Source of the DNA: an uncultured bacterium
Lineage (GTDB): Bacteria > Krumholzibacteriota > Krumholzibacteriia > LZORAL124-64-63
NCBI GenBank assembly: GCA_963727525.1
Contig: CAVSGO010000004.1
Location: 15,178-79,177 of the forward strand
Length of the DNA stretch: 64,000 nucleotides
Direction: 5' to 3'
Positions 42,387-51,838 of this stretch are shown piece by piece. The stretch's first letter is position 1. Each line of letters opens with the position of its first letter. The translations under genes were made by a program, and so were the position numbers. Under the pieces are notes generated by a model that was not told the origin of the DNA, searched no databases, and worked only from the letters and a program-made list of their open reading frames with translations.

Positions 42387-43241
42387 ATGGACGCAGGATT
42401 CATCGGTCTCGGTTCGCTCGGCATGGCGATGACGGAGCGCCTGCGGGCGCAAGGCGTGGCGCTCAGCGTCTGGAATCGCACGCGGGCGCGAGCCGACGCC
42501 CTAGGCGTCGCCGTGGCCACGTCGCCTGCCAATCTTGTCGGACGCGTGCCGGCGGTGATCCTGTGTCTGGCCAACAGCGATGCCGTGGAGGCCGTGCTGC
42601 GCGGCAAGGACGGCGTGCTCGCCGGCGACTGCGCCGACACGTTGATCATCGACACCACGACCAACCACCACGCGCCCGTCGCGCTGTTCCACCAGCTCTG
42701 TGCGCAGAAGGGCGCACGTTACGTCGAGGCGCCGGTGGCCGGCAGCGTGGTGCCGGCGCGCGAGGGACGCCTCGTCGCCATGGTGAGCGGCCGTCCGGAC
42801 GACGTCGCTGCCGCACGGCCGTATCTCGAGCTGCTCGCGTCCACGATCCACGTGCTGGGGGAGCCAGGGCTGGCCACGCGCATGAAGCTCATCAACAATC
42901 TCTGCCTGGGCACGTTCATGGCGGTGATCGCCGAGGCGCTCGCCACCGCCGAGGCGGCCGGTATTCCGCCGGCGCAGGCCCTGGACGTGCTCGGCGACGG
43001 AGGGGCGAAGTCGGGCGTGCTGGGCGCGAAGCGCCAGAAGCTGCTCGACCACGACTGGTCGCCGCAATTCTCCGCCGCGATGATCCACAAGGATCTGCAT
43101 TGCCTGCAGGACCTCGCCCGCGATCTGGGCGTGCCGCAGCACCTCGCGGGCGTGGTGAAGGAGCAGTTCGGTCGCATGTTCCGGCAGGGGCTGGCCGATC
43201 GCGACTTCGCCGCGATCTACGAGATCTTCCACCGCGGCTGA
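42387..43241 (+). CDS. NAD(P)-dependent beta-hydroxyacid dehydrogenase (3-hydroxyisobutyrate DH family)
   Basis: GFIGLGSLG, WNRT, EAPVAGS, MKLINN, HKDL. Confidence 0.92.
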   Translation: MDAGFIGLGSLGMAMTERLRAQGVALSVWNRTRARADALGVAVATSPANLVGRVPAVILCLANSDAVEAVLRGKDGVLAGDCADTLIIDTTTNHHAPVALFHQLCAQKGARYVEAPVAGSVVPAREGRLVAMVSGRPDDVAAARPYLELLASTIHVLGEPGLATRMKLINNLCLGTFMAVIAEALATAEAAGIPPAQALDVLGDGGAKSGVLGAKRQKLLDHDWSPQFSAAMIHKDLHCLQDLARDLGVPQHLAGVVKEQFGRMFRQGLADRDFAAIYEIFHRG

Positions 43242-43275
43242 GTTCAGCCGCGCCCCCCGCGAAGGAGAGGCGAAC

Positions 43276-45852
43276 ATGCGACGGTGGCTCATTCTCGGCG
43301 GTCTCTGTCTGCTGACGACCGCGACTGCCGTGCTGGCGCAAGTCGGCGATCCCCGCCTGACGCTCGACTACCGATCGCTCTCGCTGCTGGTGCCGGAGAC
43401 GCCCGGCGTCAGCGGCGGCGCGGTGGCCGGACTCATCAACCCGGCGGCGTGGCGCGTCAGCGCGCTCGGGCGTCCGGAACTGGCGTTCTTCGGCGACAAC
43501 GGCACGGGATTCTCGACGAAGCGGTACAACTGGGGCGTGGCCTCGAGCGGGCTTTTCGGGCCCGGCGCTGTCGGGCTCGGCGTGTACAACCAGTGGTTCC
43601 AGGCGGCCGATCGAGTGCGCCAGGTCACCAACTGGCAGCTCGGCGTCGCGATGGGCGATCGCGATGGGTATCTCGGTCTGGCCTACCGGTGGGCCACCGG
43701 CGCCGAGGAGGTGCTGGGGCGAGAGAACTCCTGGGTCGCGGGTCTCCTGCTGCAGCCGTACCGGTACGTTTCGTTCGGCGCCAGCGGCGCCTGGTCCACG
43801 GCGTCGCGGGCTGCGCAGGGCGTCTTCGACGTCGGTCTGCGGCCGCTGGGCACCCCGCTCTTCACCGTGTACAGCGACTACACGCTCGACCAGGGCGCGA
43901 AGTTCGGCGACGGCCGCTGGGGGCTCGGCGTGGCGCTGCGGCCCACGGCCGGCCTGCGCCTCGGCGTGACCGCGCGCGAGGCGGCCGACGGCGGCGGGCC
44001 GCAGTGGGGCATGCACGTGGGCCTCACGTTCGACGACTTCACCGCCGTCGACGTGGTGGCAGGCGACGATTCGCAGCTCGGCGTCGTGACCAGCCTCAAT
44101 CCCCCGACGCGGGGCATGCGGTTGCCGCCCCTGCTCGATCGGGACCGCAAGGAACCGACGTACGCCGTCGTCGATCTCGAGAACAAGACGGTGACGTACC
44201 AGAAGTACCGCTGGGGAGACGATCGCCGCGTGGCCTGGCTCGACCTGGTGCGGCATCTCGAGGCCATCGCGCGCGATCCCGATGTCGCCGGCGTCATGCT
44301 CAACCTTGCGGACACGACGTACCGCCCGTCCCTGGCCTGGGAGCTGCGCACGATGCTGGCGCGCCTGCAGGCCCAGGGCAAGAAGGTCATCGTCTACGCG
44401 AACCGGCTCGACTTTCTGCGGTACTACGTCGCGTCGGTCGCCGACCGGATCGTGCTCGACCCCGAGGGCGCCGTGGTGCTGCAAGGCGTGGCGATGCGGC
44501 GCACCTTCGAGAAGGAGATGCTCGCCAAGGTCGGGATCGGCTTCCAGCCGATGAAGTACTTCACCTACAAGTCGGCGATGGACGTCTTCGCGCGCGCCGA
44601 TCTGGACAGCGCCGATCGTGGGCAGCGTCAGCGCATGGTCGACGTGATCTACGAGACGGTGCGCGACGGCGTCTGCGCGAGCCGCCACCTCGACGCGGCC
44701 CGCTTCGACGCTCTCGTGAATCAGGACCTCGGCTTCTGGCCCCAGCTCGCCCGCGAACGCGGACTCGTCGACGACATCGGGCGCTGGCGAGACATGCTCG
44801 AATCCGTGCGCGATTCCGAGCACCGGTCCACCGGGGGCCCCTCGCCCGCCTGCTATCCCCACGCCTATCCGGAAGCCCACTGGAGCGCACCCACGCGCAT
44901 CGCCGTGGTTTACGCCGTGGGCCCCTGCGCCATGGACAGCGGGATCCATGGCCGCGCTACCGCGAGGTTCCTGCGCGGTCTGAAGCACGATCCTGGCGTG
45001 GCGGCTGTCGTGCTGCGCGCCGACTCGCCGGGTGGCGACGTGCTGCCCAGCGATCTCGTCGCCGGCGCGGTGCGGGAACTGCGCGCGGCCGGCAAGCCGG
45101 TGGTCGTGAGCCAGGGCGATGTGGCGGCCTCGGGCGGCTACTGGATCAGCATGGACGGCGAACGGATCCTCACCACTCCGCTCACCATCACCGGCAGCAT
45201 CGGCGTGATCGCGGGCTGGTTCTGGAACGACGGCATCGGCGACAAGGTGGGCCTGACCACCGACGGCGTGCAACGCGGTGATCACGCCGATCTCCTCACC
45301 GGGCTGCGCTTTCCTCTGATCGGATCCATGCTGCCGGCACGTCCGCTCGATGGCCAGGAGCTGGAACTCGCGCGTGGATACATCCTGCAGAGCTACGACG
45401 ATTTCGTGCGCAAGGTGGCAACCGGTCGTGGCCTCGATGAGGCGCGGGTCCGCGCCATCGCCCAGGGGCACGTGTGGATGGGCGAGGACGCCCTGGCGCG
45501 CGGTCTCTGCGATCAGGTGGGCACGCTCACCGACGCCATCGCCCTGGCGCGCCACGAGGCGGGTGTTCCCGACGATCGCGAGGTGACGCTACAGGAATAT
45601 CCACCGCGGCCGCTCGTGGACCTGGCCGCGCTGCTGGGGACGGGCGGCGCCCTTCCCAGCTTCCCATTCGGTCTGCTCGGGCCATTGCCCGTACCGGCCT
45701 GGCTCTCGCGCGCCCAGCCGGCGACCACGGAGCCCGGGGCGCCTCGCGACTACGTGCAGGAATACCTGAATGCCCTCGCCGAGCAGCCGGGCCGGGGGAT
45801 GGCGGTGACGCCGCCCGACGCACTGCCGGCGGCCTGGACCGCCATTCGTTGA
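43276..45852 (+). CDS. sppA: S49 signal peptide peptidase (SppA/protease IV) with N-terminal beta-rich domain
   Basis: Signal peptide; INPAA then amphipathic strands; YYVASVAD, YKSA, RADSPGG, AASGGY, ITGSIGV, YDDF, GHVWMG. Confidence 0.88.
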   Translation: MRRWLILGGLCLLTTATAVLAQVGDPRLTLDYRSLSLLVPETPGVSGGAVAGLINPAAWRVSALGRPELAFFGDNGTGFSTKRYNWGVASSGLFGPGAVGLGVYNQWFQAADRVRQVTNWQLGVAMGDRDGYLGLAYRWATGAEEVLGRENSWVAGLLLQPYRYVSFGASGAWSTASRAAQGVFDVGLRPLGTPLFTVYSDYTLDQGAKFGDGRWGLGVALRPTAGLRLGVTAREAADGGGPQWGMHVGLTFDDFTAVDVVAGDDSQLGVVTSLNPPTRGMRLPPLLDRDRKEPTYAVVDLENKTVTYQKYRWGDDRRVAWLDLVRHLEAIARDPDVAGVMLNLADTTYRPSLAWELRTMLARLQAQGKKVIVYANRLDFLRYYVASVADRIVLDPEGAVVLQGVAMRRTFEKEMLAKVGIGFQPMKYFTYKSAMDVFARADLDSADRGQRQRMVDVIYETVRDGVCASRHLDAARFDALVNQDLGFWPQLARERGLVDDIGRWRDMLESVRDSEHRSTGGPSPACYPHAYPEAHWSAPTRIAVVYAVGPCAMDSGIHGRATARFLRGLKHDPGVAAVVLRADSPGGDVLPSDLVAGAVRELRAAGKPVVVSQGDVAASGGYWISMDGERILTTPLTITGSIGVIAGWFWNDGIGDKVGLTTDGVQRGDHADLLTGLRFPLIGSMLPARPLDGQELELARGYILQSYDDFVRKVATGRGLDEARVRAIAQGHVWMGEDALARGLCDQVGTLTDAIALARHEAGVPDDREVTLQEYPPRPLVDLAALLGTGGALPSFPFGLLGPLPVPAWLSRAQPATTEPGAPRDYVQEYLNALAEQPGRGMAVTPPDALPAAWTAIR

Positions 45853-45873
45853 CCCCCGGCCCCGGCCACGGGA

Positions 45874-45906
45874 AAGGCCCCCGGATCACCATGATCCGGG
45901 GGCCTT
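45874..45906. terminator. Hairpin at the convergent junction (probable bidirectional terminator)
   Basis: AAGGCCCCCGGATCA-cca-TGATCCGGGGGCCTT 15-bp perfect inverted repeat. Confidence 0.75.
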
Positions 45907-45931
45907 CGCGTATATTCGGCAGGGGGCGCCG

Positions 45932-46093
45932 TCACTCGAGATGGTGGTACCACCAGCGCCGCACGCCATACATGGCGAGCGCCGCGGCCACGAGCGACAG
46001 GAAGAAGCCGAAGCCTGCGCCCAGCGGGCGGCCGATCATCCAGCCCGCACCGCTGCCGACCGTGGCGGCCATGTAGGCCACGAGATGTTTCAT
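45932..46093 (-). CDS. Small two-TM hypothetical protein (53 aa)
   Basis: GGAGGAG RBS; MKHLVAYMAATVGSGAGWMIG..FFLSLVAAALAMYGVRR. Confidence 0.7.
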   Translation of the reverse strand: MKHLVAYMAATVGSGAGWMIGRPLGAGFGFFLSLVAAALAMYGVRRWWYHHLE

Positions 46094-46175
46094 CCCGGTC
46101 TCCTCCCTTGCAAATTGCACGCATCGCGCGCCGCTCGGGAGGGAAATGCAGGAACGGGACCAGATGCCGGCGTCG

Positions 46176-46769
46176 TCAGACCGCGTGCTTGGCCAGATAC
46201 TCCGCCACACCCTCGGCGGTGGGCTTCATGGCCTCGTCGCCCGCGCGCCAGTTGGCCGGGCAGACCTCGCCGTTCGTCTCGGTGTACTGCAGGGCGTCGA
46301 GCATGCGCAGGGCCTCGTCGACGTTGCGACCCAGCGACAGGTCGTTCACCACGGCGTGACGCACTACACCATCCTTGTCGAGCAAGAAGAGGCCGCGCAG
46401 CGCCACCGCGTCGTTCAACAGCACGCCATAGTCGCGCGAGATCTGCTTGGTGATGTCGGCGACCATGGGGAACCGGACCTGGCCGATCCCGCCATTCTCC
46501 ACGGGGGTGTTCTTCCAGGCCCAGTGGGTGAATTCGGAGTCGACGGACACGCCCACGACCTCGCAGTTCCTGGCCTGGAACTTCGGCAGTGCCTTGTCGA
46601 ACGCCACGATCTCGCTCGGGCACACGAACGTGAAATCGAGAGGCCAGAAGAAGAGCACGGTGTATTTGCCGCGTAGGTCGGACAGCGTGAAATCGGCCTT
46701 GAAGGTGTTGTTCGGCATCACGGCCGTGGCCGTGAAATCGGGCGCCGGCTTGGACACGAGGAAGCTCAT
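46176..46769 (-). CDS. ahpC: 2-Cys peroxiredoxin
   Basis: FFWPLDFTFVCPSE, ALRGLF, GRNVDE, GEVCPANW. Confidence 0.95.
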   Translation of the reverse strand: MSFLVSKPAPDFTATAVMPNNTFKADFTLSDLRGKYTVLFFWPLDFTFVCPSEIVAFDKALPKFQARNCEVVGVSVDSEFTHWAWKNTPVENGGIGQVRFPMVADITKQISRDYGVLLNDAVALRGLFLLDKDGVVRHAVVNDLSLGRNVDEALRMLDALQYTETNGEVCPANWRAGDEAMKPTAEGVAEYLAKHAV

Positions 46770-46969
46770 GCAGGGACCTCCGGGATTGCTGCGATCGTGG
46801 ACGGTTCCAGGCGATTGGCGGGGCAAAGAAATAGCTGCCGGTCGGATTCCGCAACCAGGAATCGATCGCGACAATACGGGCACGTGCCCTGGAAGATGAG
46901 GGAGTAGCCGGAGATCGTGTCGCGTTGCCGGGGCGATGGCGGTTTCCGGAGGTGTCAACTCGGCCACTG

Positions 46970-47007
46970 AAAAGCCGAGGTCCCGGCCGGGCGGCCAGGA
47001 CCTCGGT
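46970..47007 (-). terminator. Intrinsic terminator after porin gene
   Basis: CCGAGGTCC...GGACCTCGG stem followed by CTTTT on the minus strand. Confidence 0.65.
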
Positions 47008-47025
47008 GCGGTGCTGTGTCGTGGC

Positions 47026-48243
47026 CTAGTAGTTCGTGAAGAATCCGATCACGAACGAGTTGACCGTGTCCTCGACCGGGTCCCCGTCGGTGTTGTAGGT
47101 GAGCGGCGTGTCGGACTTGAACTGCTCGAAGCCGACCTTGATGTTGGCGTTCTGGCCTTCCATGTAGTAGCTCAGACCGACGCGGAACGTCTTGTAGCTG
47201 CCAAAGTCGCCCGTCGCGTCGCTGCTGAACTTCTCGTACTCGACCCAGGGCTGGAAGCCACTGTTCAGGTAGTAGCCGGCCTGGCCGTAGAAGCCAGTGC
47301 CCTGCCCGTTCATGAACGAGAACATGTCGTTGAAATCGGACTTCGACCAGCCACCCTCGACCGTGATGGCGTCGCCATTGGTCATGGGGTACTCGAGGAA
47401 GCCGTCGGCCGTGATCAACGTGTAGTCCACGAGCATCGGGGTCGGGTCCGTGGCGCTGGTCGCACTCACGCCGACTTCCTTCTGGGTGTCGTAGCTGACG
47501 CCGATGCCCAGCGTCTTCTTCTTGCCCAGGTAGGTCGAGCTGTTGTAGTACCCGCCCTCAGCGTCCCACAGGTTGTACTGCACGCGCGCGGCGAAACGGT
47601 CCTTGTTGCTGTCCTTGTTGATGGCGCTAGTCGATGCCTGCACGCCGTTGTACATGCCGGCGTAGTACTTCAGGTGACCGTTCCCGCCCACGTCACCGGA
47701 GCCGAAGAACGTCACGCCCTGATCACGCACGGCATCGACGCTCGTCGACAAGGGAACCATGGAATTCGGGAACGTCGCATTCGTGAAGACGCCCGTGGCC
47801 TTGGCGCCCCAGGTCAGAGCCTTGTAGCACAGACCCGGGCGGTCGATGGCCATCAGAGCACCCGACGACGTCAGGTTCTGGCGGTTCGACGGGGCCATAT
47901 TGCGGCCCATGATGATCTGGAACCAGGGGTCGACCTTGTAGTCCACCCATGCGTCGATCATGTTGACGGTCTTGCCCGAGTGATCCGTCTGGAGGAAGAT
48001 GCTCCACTTGTCACCGATGTTGGCGCCAAGACGGATCCGAGCGCGCCGGGTCTTCCAGTAATGGACCGAATCCCAGCTGCCGTCGTTGTTGAGGTCATCC
48101 TGCGTCATGACCCCGATCGTCTGGACCCGGAATCCCAGATCGATCGTGTCCGTATCATTGATCTTCAGCTTGGCGCCCGCGAAGGCGCTACTGGCCATGA
48201 ACGCCGCCATGACCAGGACGAGAGTGAACAACTTCTTACTCAA
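47026..48243 (-). CDS. Outer-membrane porin, phosphate-selective OprO/P or ExtI-like
   Basis: TTG start with AAGGAGG; signal peptide; RRARI, IDAWVDY, RDQGV, YYAGMYNG, aromatic C-terminus; last gene of phoBRU. Confidence 0.8.
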   Translation of the reverse strand: MSKKLFTLVLVMAAFMASSAFAGAKLKINDTDTIDLGFRVQTIGVMTQDDLNNDGSWDSVHYWKTRRARIRLGANIGDKWSIFLQTDHSGKTVNMIDAWVDYKVDPWFQIIMGRNMAPSNRQNLTSSGALMAIDRPGLCYKALTWGAKATGVFTNATFPNSMVPLSTSVDAVRDQGVTFFGSGDVGGNGHLKYYAGMYNGVQASTSAINKDSNKDRFAARVQYNLWDAEGGYYNSSTYLGKKKTLGIGVSYDTQKEVGVSATSATDPTPMLVDYTLITADGFLEYPMTNGDAITVEGGWSKSDFNDMFSFMNGQGTGFYGQAGYYLNSGFQPWVEYEKFSSDATGDFGSYKTFRVGLSYYMEGQNANIKVGFEQFKSDTPLTYNTDGDPVEDTVNSFVIGFFTNY

Positions 48244-48340
48244 CTCGGACCTCCTTGCTCCTCAGGGGTTCGTTCCCGGGGCGCGGGTAAGCGTCCCGGA
48301 AACATCGGTGTCCCCGGTGGGGACGTCATGCTGCACCCGT

Positions 48341-49000
48341 TTACGGGTGGCGTCCGTGACGGACAATCTCGCCATCCACGAGGTAGATGGCGTCTTCAGC
48401 GATGTTTGTCGCGAGGTCGGCGACCCGTTCGATGTGCTTGGCAACCTGCATCAACGCCAGCTGGTCGTTCATCTCGACGACGGACTCGCGCATACGCTTG
48501 CGTGCCTCGGTGATCAGGTCGTGGAATTCCTGGTCGACTTCCTCGTCGGCTGCCAGGACCTCCCGGGCGAGAGAGGCGTTCATGTTGACGACTGCATCCA
48601 GGCTCTGGCGCAGCATGGCCTGCGCCTTGGCCGCCATTTTGGGTAATCTTGCCCTGCTGTCAACATCTTCTTTACCGGCCAGACCGCGAGTGTGATCGGC
48701 GATGTTCACTGCCAGGTCACCGATGCGCTCCAGGTCGTTGTTGATCTTCAACATGGCGATGATGAAGCGGAGATCCACGGCCACCGGCTGGTAGAGCGCC
48801 AGGACCTTGAGACAATCCTCCTCGAAATCGACCTCCATGAGGTCGATCTCCAGATCACGCGCGCGCACCTGGTCGGCCAGTTCCCCGTCTCCCGTGCGCA
48901 CGGCCTTGACGGCGAGGTGCAGATTCTCCTCGACGGTCGCGCTGAGCGTGAACAGGGATTTCTTCAGCTTACGAAAGGCGCCACTGAGGTGCGGGTGCAA
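48341..49000 (-). CDS. phoU: Phosphate signalling protein
   Basis: QPVAVDLR, DLERIGDLAVNIA, DEEVD, IERVADLATNIAE, VRH. Confidence 0.95.
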   Translation of the reverse strand: MHPHLSGAFRKLKKSLFTLSATVEENLHLAVKAVRTGDGELADQVRARDLEIDLMEVDFEEDCLKVLALYQPVAVDLRFIIAMLKINNDLERIGDLAVNIADHTRGLAGKEDVDSRARLPKMAAKAQAMLRQSLDAVVNMNASLAREVLAADEEVDQEFHDLITEARKRMRESVVEMNDQLALMQVAKHIERVADLATNIAEDAIYLVDGEIVRHGRHP

Positions 49001-49137
49001 CGCCTGACCATCCTTGTCAGCCGGTCGATCGCCGGAGCGACCTTCCGTTCCTCACGCTTCGCCGGCCCGGCCCGGGACCGAACATCCGGCGAAATGCATC
49101 ATGCAAGCCAAATCCTGGTGCCTGTAGACCTGCTTTG

Positions 49138-50928
49138 TCAAGCACTGGACGCAGGCTCGAGGGGGAGAACCATCGTGAATCGGCTCCCGAGACCGACCTC
49201 GCTCGTGACGTGGATCTCGCCGCGGTGGGCCTGTACGATGTGTTTCGCGATGGCCAGGCCCAGGCCCGTGCCCCCCAGCTTGCGGCTTCGCGCACGGTCC
49301 ACACGGTAGAACCGTTCGAACAATCGCGGCAAGTGCTCGGCAGGAATCCCTCGCCCCTCGTCCACGACCTCGATCACCACGGACGACCCCTCGCGGCGGC
49401 AGATCACCTGGATCGGTGCCGTCGTCCCGCTGTATTTCAGGGCATTGTCCACAAGATTGACCACGGCTTGCTCGAGCAGGGGCGGGTTCACCGAGGCCGA
49501 GAGACCGTGGGGGCATTCGATCTCGACACCCGGCGCGTCGGCGCCGGCCCGCGCCGTGCACTGGTTGACGGCTTCCCCCAGCAGGGGGCGCATCGCCGTG
49601 AGCTGGCAGGCGAGTGCATCGGGCCCCGTCTCCTGTTCGAGGCGCGAGAGGGCGAGCAGGTCGTCGATGATGGCCTGGAGGCGGCCGGCCTGGCGATCGA
49701 TGATGGCCAGGAAGCGATCGGTTTCCTGCGCATCCTGTGGCGGGCTCTCGCGCAGGGTTTCCACGAAACCCTTGATCGAGGTGATGGGCGTGCGCAGCTC
49801 GTGGGACACGTTGGCCACGAAGTCGCGGCGCAGGTTCTCGAGCCGCCTGAGCCGCGTGACGTCATTGAGCACGAGCAGGGCCCCCAGGCTCTGCCCGTCG
49901 CCGCCCTGCAGACCGGTGGCATGCACCTGCAGGTAACGCTCCGTCTCGCGCAGGACGACGATATCGCTCTCGCTGGGCTCCTGGCCGGCCAGGGCGACCT
50001 TGGCCAGCGTGATGAGATCGGGGTTGCGCACGATCTCCTGGATGCTGTGGCCCACCGCCTTCTCGCCGCGGATGCCGAGGAGGCGACTGCTGGCCTCGTT
50101 CCAGCTGATGACGATCTCGTCGCGGTCGATCGCCACCACGCCCTCGACCATGCTCGCCAGCATGGCTTCCAGTTCGTTGCGCTGATTCTCGATGGTGCGG
50201 ATGCGGTCGCTGAGCTGCCGGGCCATGGAATTGAACGTCTCGGCCAGCGAGCCGATCTCTTCCGAATCGGCGGCCGTGATGAGCCGGACGTCGAGCTGAC
50301 CGCCCGCCAGCCGCTCCGCACCGGACTTGAGCTCGCGCAGAGGAACGCTGATCCGATGCGCGAGACCGTAGCTCACCAATCCGGCCAGACATGCGAGGAT
50401 GAGGCCACCGACCGCCACCTCGCGCTGCAGTACCTTGAGCGCGCTGTCGATGTTCTTCAGCGACTGCGAGGTGCGGAGGTACCCCAGCAACGTGTCACCG
50501 TCTCGCAGGGCGACGGCGACGTACATCCGTCGGTGACCCAGCGTGGCGCTGTAGCGCATCGACCGACCGTGGCCCGTCTCCCGTGCCGCCACGATCTCCG
50601 GTCGATCACCGTGGTTATCCATGTTGGCCGGACGCTCCATCGTATCGCCGAGCACGGTGCCGTTCGGAGCCACGACCGTCAGCCGCATCCGGGACGCGGC
50701 ACCGGCTCGTCGGCAGAGGTCCTGGATCCTCTCGGCATTCTCGTCTCGCAGCAGGGGCGCGAACTGGTCCTCGAGCAGATGCGCCCGGTCGGCCAGATCC
50801 TCCGCGGTCTGATCGAAGAACAGCCCCCGCAAGGCACGGGACGTGTAGCCCGTGATCAGCGCCAGGGACAGCAGGATGACCGTGAGGAAGGGAAGAAAGA
50901 TGTGCCAGAGCAGGCCTTTGCGGTTCAT
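49138..50928 (-). CDS. phoR: Sensor kinase (TM-HAMP-PAS-HisKA-HATPase)
   Basis: MDNHGDRPEI, RRDFVANVSHELRTP, NLVDNALKY, FERFYRVD, GGTGLGLAI; lies between phoB and phoU. Confidence 0.92.
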   Translation of the reverse strand: MNRKGLLWHIFLPFLTVILLSLALITGYTSRALRGLFFDQTAEDLADRAHLLEDQFAPLLRDENAERIQDLCRRAGAASRMRLTVVAPNGTVLGDTMERPANMDNHGDRPEIVAARETGHGRSMRYSATLGHRRMYVAVALRDGDTLLGYLRTSQSLKNIDSALKVLQREVAVGGLILACLAGLVSYGLAHRISVPLRELKSGAERLAGGQLDVRLITAADSEEIGSLAETFNSMARQLSDRIRTIENQRNELEAMLASMVEGVVAIDRDEIVISWNEASSRLLGIRGEKAVGHSIQEIVRNPDLITLAKVALAGQEPSESDIVVLRETERYLQVHATGLQGGDGQSLGALLVLNDVTRLRRLENLRRDFVANVSHELRTPITSIKGFVETLRESPPQDAQETDRFLAIIDRQAGRLQAIIDDLLALSRLEQETGPDALACQLTAMRPLLGEAVNQCTARAGADAPGVEIECPHGLSASVNPPLLEQAVVNLVDNALKYSGTTAPIQVICRREGSSVVIEVVDEGRGIPAEHLPRLFERFYRVDRARSRKLGGTGLGLAIAKHIVQAHRGEIHVTSEVGLGSRFTMVLPLEPASSA

Positions 50929-50929
50929 C

Positions 50930-51619
50930 TCACTCGCCGAGCTTGTAGCCGACCCCGCGTACGGTGGTGATGTGTCGGGCCGCGCCTCCCAGCTTCTTGC
51001 GCAGGCTAGCCACCTGCACATCGATCGAGCGCCCCGTCACCGGATAATCGTCGCCATGCACCGCCCGCACGATCTGGTTGCGCGTGAACACCCAGCCGGG
51101 GCGCGACGCGAGGAAGTGCAGGATGCGGAACTCGGTATGGGTGAGCGTGATGGCCTCGCCGTCGATGCGCACCTCGTGGCGCCCGGGATGCAGGTTGATG
51201 TCGTCGTAGGTCAGGCTGCCATCGGTGCCGGCATGGCTGTCGAGGCTGCGACGCAGGACCGCGGACACCCGCGCCGTCAGCACCTTGGGACTGAACGGTT
51301 TGGTGACGTAGTCGTCGGCGCCCGCCTCGAATCCCGCCACGATATCCTCTTCCTCACCCTTGGCCGTCAGGATGATCACCGGAATGGTGGCCGTGGCGTC
51401 CGACCGCTTGAGACGGCGGCAGACCTCCAGGCCATCGAGCCCGGGCAGCATGAGGTCGAGCACCACGAGCGCGGGACGATTCTCCAGCAACATCTCCAGG
51501 GCTTCCTCGCCGCGGTCCGTCACGTCGACGCGATAGCCGTCCCTCGCGAGCGTGTACTCCAGGAGCTCCTGGATGTCCTCCTCGTCCTCGACCACCAGGA
51601 TCAACTCGTCGGCCATCAC
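50930..51619 (-). CDS. phoB: OmpR-family response regulator
   Basis: VEDEED, LDLMLPG, LTAK, GADDYVTKPF, TVRGVGY. Start 51619 (GTG) or 51616. Confidence 0.9.
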   Translation of the reverse strand: MMADELILVVEDEEDIQELLEYTLARDGYRVDVTDRGEEALEMLLENRPALVVLDLMLPGLDGLEVCRRLKRSDATATIPVIILTAKGEEEDIVAGFEAGADDYVTKPFSPKVLTARVSAVLRRSLDSHAGTDGSLTYDDINLHPGRHEVRIDGEAITLTHTEFRILHFLASRPGWVFTRNQIVRAVHGDDYPVTGRSIDVQVASLRKKLGGAARHITTVRGVGYKLGE

Positions 51620-51694
51620 CAGCTCCTCGTCCGGGTTGGTGTCCGCGGGCGCGCGTGTCCCACCGACTTCCCCGAATGAGTTATGCGGACACCA

Positions 51695-51722
51695 TGTTCA
51701 CGGCAAGTTAGGATTCTGTAAA
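51695..51722 (-). promoter_or_regulatory. Candidate Pho box upstream of phoB (autoregulation)
   Basis: Minus strand TTTACA-gaatc-CTAACT-tgccg-TGAACA, exact 11-bp period. Confidence 0.7.
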
Positions 51723-51838
51723 CCGGAATCGTGGGCGGCCGCGAGGGAATGGGGTACCATGGTCGCGTGAGCGAGGGCGAGACGCGGCTTGAAGTTGGCG
51801 ACCGGTTCGAAGGATGATCCGGCGTGCGAGGTGTGACG

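Noticed and set aside
42916-45555. 879-aa minus-strand ORF (and similar long ones at 33279-35327, 49135-50970, 55526-59055)
   Set aside because: Antisense to well-supported genes, with no recognisable motifs.
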